DNA from: Burkholderiales bacterium
Lineage (GTDB): Bacteria > Pseudomonadota > Gammaproteobacteria > Burkholderiales > SG8-41
Assembly: GCA_964203275.1 (NCBI GenBank)
Contig: CAXNMF010000007.1
Span: forward strand, 84,405 to 148,404
Reading direction: 5' to 3'
Length of the DNA: 64,000 bases
Shown: piece after piece, positions 1-9,136 of the stretch
Layout of the letters: every line of letters starts with the position of its first letter
How positions within the stretch are numbered: the first letter of the stretch is position 1
Position numbers and translations under genes: made by a program
Notes under the pieces: model-generated
Seen by the model: only the letters and a program-made list of their open reading frames with translations
Database searches by the model: none
Told to the model about the DNA's origin: nothing

Positions 1-282
1 GACTGGTCCGGGGAATTCCTGTTTGCACTGGGCTGGCTGGTGCTGGTACTGTCGGTCGGCGCCACAACAATGCTGTTTCGCCTGATCCAGCGCGGTGCGG
101 CCACCCGGGTCACCAGTCTGTTTTACCTGACGCCGGCGGTCACCGCAGTGATGGCCTGGCTTATGTTCGAAGAGACACTCAGCTTCGTGGCGGTTGCCGG
201 TATGCTGGTTGCGGTCGCGGGTGTCGCGCTGGTGAATCGCAATACACCCGCAAACATAAACCATCAAAGGATGAAGGAATGA
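1..282 (+). CDS. DMT/EamA-family transporter, C-terminal fragment (5' end lies outside the window)
   Basis: The frame is open from base 1. The C-terminus is hydrophobic and EamA-like (LFRLIQRGAATRVTSLFYLTPAVTAVMAWLMFEE). The stop overlaps the next start (ATGA at 279-282). Confidence 0.7.
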   Translation, partial: DWSGEFLFALGWLVLVLSVGATTMLFRLIQRGAATRVTSLFYLTPAVTAVMAWLMFEETLSFVAVAGMLVAVAGVALVNRNTPANINHQRMKE

Positions 283-683
283 GTACACCGCAGGAAAGCA
301 CGGCGGATACCCCTTATGCGTTGCTGGGCGGCGACGCCGGTGTCCGGCGACTGGTTGATCGCTTTTACGATTTGATGGATGAAGTGCCGGAATATCACGG
401 TATCCGCAAAATGCATCCGCAGGACATGTCGACTTCAAGGGACAAACTCTACGCATTCCTTTCGGGCTGGCTGGGCGGACCGCCGCTGTACATGGAAAAG
501 TATGGTCACCCGATGTTGCGCGCAAGGCATCTGCCCTTCCCCATCGGCGTCCCCGAGCGCGACGCATGGCTCGCCTGCATGTTGCAGGCCATGGAGGACA
601 ACCATGTCGAGGAAACCCTGCGCATGGCTTTGCTGAAAGCCTTTTATGGCACGGCTGACTGGATGCGCAACAAACCCGAATAG
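279..683 (+). CDS. glbO: Group II truncated hemoglobin (trHbO-like)
   Basis: 134 aa. The sequence YALLGGDAGVRRLVDRFYDLM...KLYAFLSGWLGGPPLY...HPMLRARHLPFPI is typical of 2-on-2 globins. Confidence 0.85.
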   Translation: MSTPQESTADTPYALLGGDAGVRRLVDRFYDLMDEVPEYHGIRKMHPQDMSTSRDKLYAFLSGWLGGPPLYMEKYGHPMLRARHLPFPIGVPERDAWLACMLQAMEDNHVEETLRMALLKAFYGTADWMRNKPE

Positions 684-700
684 ATCACCAACCGTTTCCG

Positions 701-2461
701 ATGACGCTCCACTGTGCATTGCGCCCGGGCAGTTTTTTTCTGATTCTGCTGCTCTGGGTATCTGCCGCGTTCGCACAGGACGGCGCAGTGACATGGCGCA
801 TCGAACTGGAAGCACCGGACGAAGTCAGAAAACTCCTGGAGGACCACCTTGACGTCTACCGCTATAGAGGACGCCCCGGTGTAGATGCTGAAATGCTGCA
901 ACGCCTTGTTGCGCGTACGGCACAGGAAGCAAATGAACTTCTGGCGACCGCGGGTTATTTTTCTCCGAACGTCGAAGCAGTGCGCTCCCCATTGCCGGAA
1001 ATCACGACTGTACGCATCAACGTCATCCCCGGCCCCATTGCACGGGTCAGCAAGGCGAATATCAGCGTCACCGGTGCAATCACCACCGATCCGGCGGAAA
1101 CCGCACGCATTACCCAGGTTACCCAGCGCTGGAGACTGCAGCCGGGGACACCGTTCAGGCAAATGGATTGGGACAGCGCCAAAGAGGCATTGCTGCGGGA
1201 ATTCGTATTTGACGGTTACCCGGCAGCACAAATCACCACCAGCATCGCGGATGTGGATCCGAAGACAGCCTTGGTCTCCGTCGATATCGTGATCAACAGC
1301 GGCCCATTGTTCCGCTTTGGCAGCACCCGGATTGAGGGACTGCAGCGGTACCCTCGCCAGTTGGTCGAAAACCTGCAGATGTTCCGCGCCGGAGAACGCT
1401 ACAGCCACGAAGCGGTTGTTCGCTACCAGACCGAGCTTCAGGCCAGCGGTTTTTTTCGCAGTGCCTCAGTCACTGTCAATACCGACCCGTCACAGGCCTC
1501 AGCCGCCACCGTTGATGTTCGCGTGGTTGAACACCCCGAGAAAAAAATTGACCTCGGCATTGGATACAGCACCGACACCGGGCCACGCGGGGAAGCCCTG
1601 TTCACCCACTACAACACGCTGCAGCCCGGCTGGCAGGGGACCGGCAAACTGCGGGTCAACACGAAAGAACAGACCCTGAACGGTGAACTCGCACTCACCC
1701 CGGAATCCAGCGGATGGCGCAACCGGCTGGGCGCAGAAGCCCTGCACAGCGACATTGAAAACCTGATCACCCGGAGCTATGGCATTACTGCGCAACGCGC
1801 CTGGCGTTCACCCGAAAAAGAACATGACTGGGCATTGAAGTTTCAGGGCGAAGAACAATCATTGACCGGGGGCCCTGTTGATAATCTGAATGCACTGACA
1901 CTCAATTATTCCTGGACATCACGCAAAGTCGATGATCTGCTGCGACCGCGGAGCGGTCATATGCTCAATCTGCAACTGGGCGGCGCATCCCAGACCCTGC
2001 TATCGACACGCTCCTTTGCCCGCGCCTACGGTCGCGCGCTGCAGATCGTTTCAGTCGGCCGCTACGACCGTATTCACCTGCGCGGCGAGGCCGGTGCGGT
2101 ATGGGCTGATTCACGCGAGGGCATTCCGTCGGAATTCCTGTTCCGGGCCGGCGGCGACCAGTCAGTGCGGGGTTATGATTACCAGTCCCTCGGCGTAGCC
2201 AAGGGTTCATCAATTGTCGGCGGCCGTTTCCTCGGCGTGGCCACCATCGAATACCAGCACGACTTCACGCCGCAATGGGGCGGTGCGCTGTTTGTCGACG
2301 GCGGCAATGCCGCAGACACGCCATCCTCACTGAAGCCGGTCTACGGCTACGGTGCGGGCGTCCGCTGGATTACACCGGCCGGCGCCTTGAATCTCGACAT
2401 CGCAAAACCCCAGGAAAACGGCAAAATCCGAGTGCACTTCACGCTGGGCGCCAGGTTCTGA
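701..2461 (+). CDS. tamA: TamA-like outer-membrane translocation and assembly module protein (Omp85/BamA family)
   Basis: 586 aa with a signal peptide (..VSAAFAQ), POTRA-like N-terminal region and a C-terminal surface-antigen beta-barrel ending ..IRVHFTLGARF. It is followed 1 nt later by a TamB-size gene. Confidence 0.8.
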   Translation: MTLHCALRPGSFFLILLLWVSAAFAQDGAVTWRIELEAPDEVRKLLEDHLDVYRYRGRPGVDAEMLQRLVARTAQEANELLATAGYFSPNVEAVRSPLPEITTVRINVIPGPIARVSKANISVTGAITTDPAETARITQVTQRWRLQPGTPFRQMDWDSAKEALLREFVFDGYPAAQITTSIADVDPKTALVSVDIVINSGPLFRFGSTRIEGLQRYPRQLVENLQMFRAGERYSHEAVVRYQTELQASGFFRSASVTVNTDPSQASAATVDVRVVEHPEKKIDLGIGYSTDTGPRGEALFTHYNTLQPGWQGTGKLRVNTKEQTLNGELALTPESSGWRNRLGAEALHSDIENLITRSYGITAQRAWRSPEKEHDWALKFQGEEQSLTGGPVDNLNALTLNYSWTSRKVDDLLRPRSGHMLNLQLGGASQTLLSTRSFARAYGRALQIVSVGRYDRIHLRGEAGAVWADSREGIPSEFLFRAGGDQSVRGYDYQSLGVAKGSSIVGGRFLGVATIEYQHDFTPQWGGALFVDGGNAADTPSSLKPVYGYGAGVRWITPAGALNLDIAKPQENGKIRVHFTLGARF

Positions 2462-2462
2462 C

Positions 2463-5400
2463 ATGGCAGGCAAATCCTTTATCTTCCGGATGAGCGTTGC
2501 GGCAGCAGCCGTTGCAGTCTGCATCCTGATCTCCGGCGTCGTCTGGCTGGGCAGCAGTTCCGGACTAGATTGGGCCGCGCGCAAAATCATCCAGTTGGGT
2601 GAAGACACAATCAGAGCTGAAGGCATCGAAGGCTCATTGCTGAGCGAGGTCCGGATCAGACAACTGCAGATCCGCAACGCCGATTTAATGCTTGAGGGTG
2701 AAACACTCGTATTGCGCTGGCAACCCCTGGCCCTGCTTCGCCGGGAACTGCACCTGAGCAGCGCAACGGCCTCGGTCCTGCGCTATCAAAGCCTCTCGAC
2801 GGCAGCATCAACAGTGCCTGTGTCACTGGCGCTTCCAATCGACATCTCAATCGACTCACTCGAGATCGGTCGCATCGAAATCAGCAACCTGCCTGCCATC
2901 GAAAACCTGAAGCTCGGTTACACAGGTGGCCGCACCCGCCATGAAATCAGCCTGCTGCAAACACAATCGGAAGGCTGGGCCATCGATGGCACACTGCAGG
3001 TCGGCACGCAAAGTCCGTTCCAGATCGAGGGACAGATTCAAGCCATGCGCGGGACAACAGCGCTTTCATTGCAGGCCAAGGCATCGGTTACAGGGACGCT
3101 CGAGGCTTTGCAAATCAAGCTGTCCGGTGGCGGACGCGGCGCATCCATCCAATCGTCCGCACTATTGCACCCCTATGCACCGCAACCGGTGCAACAACTG
3201 GATGCACGGGTGCGTGAACTGGACCTGTCTGCATGGCATGGCGGATGGCCGCGAACACGGCTCAATATCGATGCGAATGCCCAATCCATCAATGAAATGC
3301 TCAACGGCACACTGCACGCGGACAATGCCGCAAGCGGAACACTGGACAGCGGACGAATCCCAGTGTCAACAATGAAAGCCCGATTTTCCGGAGACGGCGG
3401 CGACTGGAAACTGCCGATGCTTGACGTTCTGCTTGCAGGCGGCGGACGTGTAACGGGCATTGCCGGCATACATGGAAATTCAGGCGACATGGACATTCAG
3501 CTTCGCGGCATTGATACCGCACGTATCGACAGCCGGTTGCGCGCCATCAAGGTCTCGGGCAAAGCGAAGATTTCAGGAAACCCGGAAGCGCAATCGGCCA
3601 CCGCAAAACTCGACGGCGCAGGCCTGCAGTTGCAGTTGGCGGCCAAACATGCCGGCAACGTACTGACCATTGAGCGCGCTCACTTGCAGGCCGGTCAGGG
3701 CGTTGCTGAAATCGCGGGAAAACTGGAGTTAACAGCGGCGCAGGCCTTTGGTTTCAGTGGCACTCTCAGCCGCCTTGATCCGTCGAAACTCGCGGCGGTT
3801 CCCCCGGCTACGCTCAACGGCCGTTTCGCCGCAAACGGCAAACTGAATCCCGAGTGGCAGGCGCAGCTCGATATCGACCTCGTGGACAGCCGTTTGCGCA
3901 ACCGGCCCTTTAATGCCAGCGCCGCGTTTACGACCAGGAAGTCCCACTGGTTTGACGGTACGGCCCAATTGGCGATCGGACGTAATCGGGTCGAGATCAA
4001 AGGCGGATACGGCAAACCGCTGGATCAACTGCGCTGGATCATGGAAGCAGAAGATCTGCGCGCACTGGATCCAGCGATCGGCGGACGTATCACCGGTAAC
4101 GGCACCGTCACCGGCGCCAAGGATGGACCGGCACTGGATTTCGCCATTGAAGGTCAACAACTGGTCGCCGGAACCCAGCGACTCGCAAAACTGGATATGC
4201 AGGGAACACTTGCAGCCGGACACGACGGTGCACTGCGGATATCAGGTACGGCAACAGGTCTGCAGATCGCCGAAACCCGTATCGATACCTTGCGCCTTTC
4301 CGGTAACGGAACGCGCATGCGGCATATCATCAACGGATCCGCGCAAGGCGCAGACAGCAGCGGGACATTGAGGGCGACCGGCGGCATGGACGCGCAGGGA
4401 CGCTGGACCGGGAGCCTTGAACAACTTGAAATGAACCGGCCATGGCCGGTCCGCCTGAACGCGCCGGCACAGATCACCGCAGGCGCTGGAATACTCATCA
4501 TTGAACAGTTGCGTGCCACGCTTCTGGACGGCGAATTCGGCCCGGCAACGCTGCGCGCCGAAAATGGGCGAATCAATACCAGCGGAGTCTTCCGCGGCAT
4601 TTCCATCGCCCGCCTGCTGCCTCGCAACAGCGGACTGATCGACGGCGGCCTGCGCCTGGGTGGCCAGTGGGCACTGGCCCTTGAAGATTCATGGACCGGC
4701 AAAGCCAGTCTCCATCGGGAGGGCGGGGATCTGTCACTGTCAGGCGAACCACCCGTGCCGCTCGCACTACGCAAAGTCGCGCTGAACATCAATGCCGCAG
4801 ACAGCGGCATTGAAACAACCTTCGACATTGACAGCAGTACTATGGGAACAGCCAGCGCACAGTTGCAGACTCGATTGATCCGCAGGGACGGTGTCTGGAT
4901 GCTGCCAGGCGAAGCGCCTCTCTCCGGCAATATGAACCTCGACTTCCGCTCAATGACCTGGCTGCGCGCACTGCTGCCCGGCCTGGATCGCATCGATGGC
5001 CGGATGGCTGCGCGCATACGCGCGGATGGAACTGTCGCTGCGCCACGCTTCAGCGGAACCATCACCGGCGACCAATTGCTGTTGCGCGCCGTTGGCCCAG
5101 GACTTGACCTGCGCGATGGTCGCCTGCGAGCCACGCTGAACGACACGCAGTTTCGCCTTGACGAGTTTGAACTCAAGGCTGGCAAAGGACGCATTAGCGC
5201 AACGGGTACCGCCGATTTGACGAATGGTCTGCGCAGCATCGATCTCAACGCACGTGCTGAGCACGCGCAGATCCTGCTTGCGCCGCAATGGTCGGCCATC
5301 ATTGATGGCGGGGGGCGGCTGGGATTCCGTGATCGTCGCGTCACGCTTGAAGGAAAGTTCGCTCTCGACGAAGGACGCTACGACCTTGGCACCAAGCGCA

Positions 5401-6176
5401 AACCCACGCTTGGGAATGACGTCATCGTGCGCAGCGGAAAACCGGAAATTGCTGAAAAAACAGCAGCGCTTCCGATTCAGCTGGATGTCAGTATCGATCT
5501 GCGTGACAAGCTGAGTGTGCGCGGCAACGGTCTCGACGCCTTGCTTGGCGGATCGCTGCGTGTCACCAGCCGCGGTACAACGCTGGCGGCCGTTGGCGAT
5601 GTGCGAACGGTTCGCGGCAATTACTCCGTATTCGGACAGCAACTGGACATCGAACGCGGAACCGTGGCCTTCGCCGGTTCGTTGACGGACCCCGGACTGG
5701 ATCTCCGGGCCATTCGCAAGTTTCAAACGGTTGAAGTCGGCGTCGAAGTCACCGGCTCATTGCAGCGCCCTACCGTAAAACTCGTTTCCGTTCCGGACAT
5801 GTCTGACACCGATCGCCTCGGCTGGCTGGCTTTGGGAAGGGACCCTGCGGGCTCAGACCGTGCTCAACTGGCGGTCCTGCAGGCTGCAGTGCTCAGCCTG
5901 ACCGGCAGCGGCGGAAAACCCGTGCAAAAGCAGATCGCCGAAGGCATCGGATTCGACGAAATCGGATTGGCCAGCGGCGAAAACGGTGCCCTTGGTGTTG
6001 TTGCCCTGGGTAAAAAACTGACCGATCAATTGAGTATCCGCCTGGAACAAACACTCGGCGGGACAGCCGGAAGTCTGTTGCGGATGGATTACATGCTTTC
6101 AGAACGCTGGCGCCTGCGGGGCACTGCCGGTGCCGAAAACGCTGGCGATATCCTGTTTACGATACGCTTCGATTGA
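2463..6176 (+). CDS. tamB: TamB translocation and assembly module subunit (DUF490 C-terminus)
   Basis: 1237 aa with an N-terminal membrane anchor, a long repetitive beta-rich body and a conserved C-terminal block (RGNYSVFGQQLDIERGTVAFAGS...ILFTIRFD). Paired with tamA. Confidence 0.85.
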   Translation: MAGKSFIFRMSVAAAAVAVCILISGVVWLGSSSGLDWAARKIIQLGEDTIRAEGIEGSLLSEVRIRQLQIRNADLMLEGETLVLRWQPLALLRRELHLSSATASVLRYQSLSTAASTVPVSLALPIDISIDSLEIGRIEISNLPAIENLKLGYTGGRTRHEISLLQTQSEGWAIDGTLQVGTQSPFQIEGQIQAMRGTTALSLQAKASVTGTLEALQIKLSGGGRGASIQSSALLHPYAPQPVQQLDARVRELDLSAWHGGWPRTRLNIDANAQSINEMLNGTLHADNAASGTLDSGRIPVSTMKARFSGDGGDWKLPMLDVLLAGGGRVTGIAGIHGNSGDMDIQLRGIDTARIDSRLRAIKVSGKAKISGNPEAQSATAKLDGAGLQLQLAAKHAGNVLTIERAHLQAGQGVAEIAGKLELTAAQAFGFSGTLSRLDPSKLAAVPPATLNGRFAANGKLNPEWQAQLDIDLVDSRLRNRPFNASAAFTTRKSHWFDGTAQLAIGRNRVEIKGGYGKPLDQLRWIMEAEDLRALDPAIGGRITGNGTVTGAKDGPALDFAIEGQQLVAGTQRLAKLDMQGTLAAGHDGALRISGTATGLQIAETRIDTLRLSGNGTRMRHIINGSAQGADSSGTLRATGGMDAQGRWTGSLEQLEMNRPWPVRLNAPAQITAGAGILIIEQLRATLLDGEFGPATLRAENGRINTSGVFRGISIARLLPRNSGLIDGGLRLGGQWALALEDSWTGKASLHREGGDLSLSGEPPVPLALRKVALNINAADSGIETTFDIDSSTMGTASAQLQTRLIRRDGVWMLPGEAPLSGNMNLDFRSMTWLRALLPGLDRIDGRMAARIRADGTVAAPRFSGTITGDQLLLRAVGPGLDLRDGRLRATLNDTQFRLDEFELKAGKGRISATGTADLTNGLRSIDLNARAEHAQILLAPQWSAIIDGGGRLGFRDRRVTLEGKFALDEGRYDLGTKRKPTLGNDVIVRSGKPEIAEKTAALPIQLDVSIDLRDKLSVRGNGLDALLGGSLRVTSRGTTLAAVGDVRTVRGNYSVFGQQLDIERGTVAFAGSLTDPGLDLRAIRKFQTVEVGVEVTGSLQRPTVKLVSVPDMSDTDRLGWLALGRDPAGSDRAQLAVLQAAVLSLTGSGGKPVQKQIAEGIGFDEIGLASGENGALGVVALGKKLTDQLSIRLEQTLGGTAGSLLRMDYMLSERWRLRGTAGAENAGDILFTIRFD

Positions 6177-6255
6177 TCGAAAACACACTGATATACAAGC
6201 GCTTGCAAGTTCCATAAAATGGCCGTTCACAATCCAAAATAGATCGGAGGAGATC

Positions 6256-7236
6256 ATGGTGAAAAAAACCGGGAAAGTTATTGCTCTGGGGGTCGCCGCA
6301 ATCACGACAGCGGCGTTGCCGAGCATCGTTTCAGCACAGGAAGCCTGGCCGAACAGGGCCGTCCGCATCATCAATCCATTCCCTGCAGGCGGCGGCACCG
6401 ATGCTTTCGCGCGCCCTCTTGCTGCGGTCATGCCCAAGGATCTTGGTCAGCAGGTGCTGATCGAGAACATCGGCGGCGCCGGCGGCACCCTTGGTGCGGG
6501 TACCGCGGCACGTTCTCCGGGCAACGGCTACACCTGGTTCATGGGCGCGGTGCACCACACTATCGCTGAAACGCTGTACACCAAACTGTCCTACAGCCTT
6601 GAGCGCGACTTTGTGCCGGTGACAATGGCGGCCTCAGTACCCAGCGCCGTGGTCATACATCCCTCAGTCCCCGCCAAGACGATCAAGGAACTGATCGCGC
6701 TCGACAAGCGCGCGCCGGGCCAGATCAACTACGGTTCCGCGGGTTACGGCACCACCCATCACATGAACGGCGAACTGTTCAACCTGATTACAGGCACCAA
6801 GCTGACTCACGTGCCATACAAGGGCGCCGGCCCGCTGACACCGGCGCTGCTGTCCGGCGAAGTGGCCATGGCTTTCGACGGTATGGGCACCGCGGCGCCG
6901 AACATCAAGTCTGGAAGGCTGCGCGCGCTTGCGGTCACCACCGCCAAACGCTCGGAATTGCTGCCTGAAATCCCGACACTGCAGGAATCCGGCGTCAATA
7001 TCAACGTCACCACCTGGTATGCACTTTGGGGTGTAAAGGGCACGCCGCAGCCGATCGTCGATCGCATGTACAAATCGATGGCGCAAGCGCTGCAATTACC
7101 CGAGGTCAAAAAGGTGTGGGCATCCCTCGGCGCCACCGCAGGCGGACAACCACCGGCCGAGTTCGGCAAGTTCGTCCGCGGCGAAATCGAAACCTGGGGC
7201 AAGGTCGTCAAGGCTTCCGGTGCCAAAGTCGACTGA
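6256..7236 (+). CDS. Bug/TctC-family tripartite tricarboxylate transporter substrate-binding protein
   Basis: Start chosen at the ATG preceded by GGAGG (6246-6250). Signal peptide present, then WPNRAVRIINPFPAGGGTDAFARP and HVPYKGAGP motifs. Confidence 0.9.
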   Translation: MVKKTGKVIALGVAAITTAALPSIVSAQEAWPNRAVRIINPFPAGGGTDAFARPLAAVMPKDLGQQVLIENIGGAGGTLGAGTAARSPGNGYTWFMGAVHHTIAETLYTKLSYSLERDFVPVTMAASVPSAVVIHPSVPAKTIKELIALDKRAPGQINYGSAGYGTTHHMNGELFNLITGTKLTHVPYKGAGPLTPALLSGEVAMAFDGMGTAAPNIKSGRLRALAVTTAKRSELLPEIPTLQESGVNINVTTWYALWGVKGTPQPIVDRMYKSMAQALQLPEVKKVWASLGATAGGQPPAEFGKFVRGEIETWGKVVKASGAKVD

Positions 7237-8542
7237 TACCGCAACCGCTCCGGAAACAGGCCTTCTGGCCCGTTTCTGGAACGGCGTCACGGCACGCAGC
7301 CGCACGCTGCGTGACCGTCGCCGCCAGAACTGGCTCGCTGAAGCCGCAGAAACACTGTATTCGGAACTGGGTGAAGCGTCGGGCGTCGCACTCGCACGAC
7401 GCATCCTTGATCGTTATGCGGCGCTGCCGCCGGAAGGCAAGCTGGAGTTCCTGAACGTTCTGGCGACCCGCTTTGCCGCCAACCCGCAACGGCTGGACGC
7501 GGCGATCCGCGCCTATTTTTCCGATCCGCATCCGGCAATGATCCGCCAGGTGCATGAAGCCTCCGACTCGCGCCGGCCCGAGTTGTTGCGCCGGCTGAAT
7601 TTCGCGCCGAGCGGCACCGCAAGCCTGCTGCGCATGCGCGAAGACGTGATCGACCATTTACGCGATCACCCGGAACTCAGCGAAGTCGACGCCGACTTCG
7701 AGCATCTGTTCCACTCCTGGTTCAATCGCGGATTTCTGCAATTGCGCCCCATCGACTGGCATACGCCGGCGGTTGTGCTCGAAAAAATCATCCGTTACGA
7801 AGCCGTGCATGAAATTTCCGGCTGGGGCGACCTGCGGCGACGCCTCGACCCGCCGGATCGCAAGTGCTTTGCGTTTTTTCATCCGACACTTGCCGATGAT
7901 CCGTTGATATTCGTTGAAGTCGCACTGACTCACGAAATTCCGGACGCCATCGCACCACTGCTCGCCGACGGACGGATGCCGATCAATCCGCGCACGGCCA
8001 AGACCGCGGTGTTCTATTCGATTTCAAACTGCCAACGCGGACTGCGTGGCGTATCGTTCGGCAACTTCCTGATCAAGCAGGTGGCGGCGGAACTCAAACG
8101 TGACTTCCCGCAGCTGCGCACCTTCGTCACATTGTCGCCGGTACCCGGCTTCATGGGATGGCTCAAACGCACCTATCCGGAATCATCACTGCTGCAGGAC
8201 ATGTCGCGGCCGGACTGGCATGCCGAGCCGGCACTCGCCACGCAATTGCGTCCGGGATTGCAGGACAAGGCCGCGGAATATCTTCTTGAAGCCAAAAATG
8301 GCGCCGGACGACCGGCGGACCCTGTGGCCCGTTTCCATCTCGGCAATGGCGCCAGCATCGAAAACATCCGCTGGCTGGGTGACCCCTCACCCAAGGGCCA
8401 GCAGAATGCCGCCGGCTTCATGGTGAATTACCTCTACGACCTCGACAACATCGAGGCCAACCATGAAGCCCACATCAAACACGGCACGATCTTCGCATCG
8501 CCGCGGGTGCGCGCGTTGCGCGTCAACCGAACAAACAGCTGA
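7220..8542 (+). CDS. Malonyl-CoA decarboxylase
   Basis: 440 aa. The block FFHPTLADDPLIFVEVALTHEIPDAI...FYSISNCQRGLRGVSFGNFLIKQV is characteristic of the MCD family. The GTG start overlaps the upstream Bug gene by 17 nt; the start is uncertain. Confidence 0.8.
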   Translation: MPKSTDTATAPETGLLARFWNGVTARSRTLRDRRRQNWLAEAAETLYSELGEASGVALARRILDRYAALPPEGKLEFLNVLATRFAANPQRLDAAIRAYFSDPHPAMIRQVHEASDSRRPELLRRLNFAPSGTASLLRMREDVIDHLRDHPELSEVDADFEHLFHSWFNRGFLQLRPIDWHTPAVVLEKIIRYEAVHEISGWGDLRRRLDPPDRKCFAFFHPTLADDPLIFVEVALTHEIPDAIAPLLADGRMPINPRTAKTAVFYSISNCQRGLRGVSFGNFLIKQVAAELKRDFPQLRTFVTLSPVPGFMGWLKRTYPESSLLQDMSRPDWHAEPALATQLRPGLQDKAAEYLLEAKNGAGRPADPVARFHLGNGASIENIRWLGDPSPKGQQNAAGFMVNYLYDLDNIEANHEAHIKHGTIFASPRVRALRVNRTNS

Positions 8543-8548
8543 TTCGCC

Positions 8549-9136
8549 TTAGCGTTTGCTGCCCAGTAGCGTGCCGCGGCATTTCGGCATGCCGCAGTGG
8601 CAGGGATGCTCGCGCTTGAGTTTCGGGGTGTGGCGTTCTTCCAGTACCAGGTTGTAGTCGTACGACAGCTCCTGGCCCGGCTTGATCGGACGGATGGCAT
8701 CGATGAACACGCGACCGTCTTCCTCATTGGCTTCGCAATTCGGCGCGCAGGAGTGATTGATCCAGCGCGCCGGGCCGCCGCGTTTGGTGGCATCGATGAC
8801 CACCTTGTCGGTCGCCGCGAACAGCATGGTGTGCGAGGAACCATCGTGCAGATCCCCGTAACGGCGATCGGCTTCGGCATGCGACATGCGCTCGCCGGTG
8901 TATTCGATAATGCGCGCGCCTTTGACAATGGTGTTGAGCGCAAACACGCCACGACCATGGATCGGTGAATTACGTACCGCGACCCGCGGCTTGGCCGCCT
9001 TCACGGTTTTTACGGCCGTTTTGCTGACGACAGATTTTTTAACTATTTTTTTGTTTTTTATAGGTTTTTTTGACTGCTTGCGGGATGCACTGCCGGCTTT
9101 AGTCTTGGCTTTCGACTTCGTTTTCTTTTGACTCAT
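8549..9136 (-). CDS. SET-domain protein-lysine N-methyltransferase with a lysine-rich, histone H1-like N-terminal tail
   Basis: SET core (NSPIHGRGVFA, RWINHSCAPNC, ELSYDY) plus a post-SET Cys cluster (CHCGMPKCRG). The first ~50 residues contain about 18 Lys. The ATG overlaps the upstream stop (ATGA). Confidence 0.85.
   Translation of the reverse strand: MSQKKTKSKAKTKAGSASRKQSKKPIKNKKIVKKSVVSKTAVKTVKAAKPRVAVRNSPIHGRGVFALNTIVKGARIIEYTGERMSHAEADRRYGDLHDGSSHTMLFAATDKVVIDATKRGGPARWINHSCAPNCEANEEDGRVFIDAIRPIKPGQELSYDYNLVLEERHTPKLKREHPCHCGMPKCRGTLLGSKR

Noticed and set aside
8990-9136. An AT-rich, homopolymer-laden tract (A6-A7 runs) that looked like an intergenic repeat or an insertion scar.
   Set aside because: It is in frame with the SET ORF and encodes the lysine-rich tail (AAA/AAG codons). 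It is treated as coding and discussed in the SET finding.
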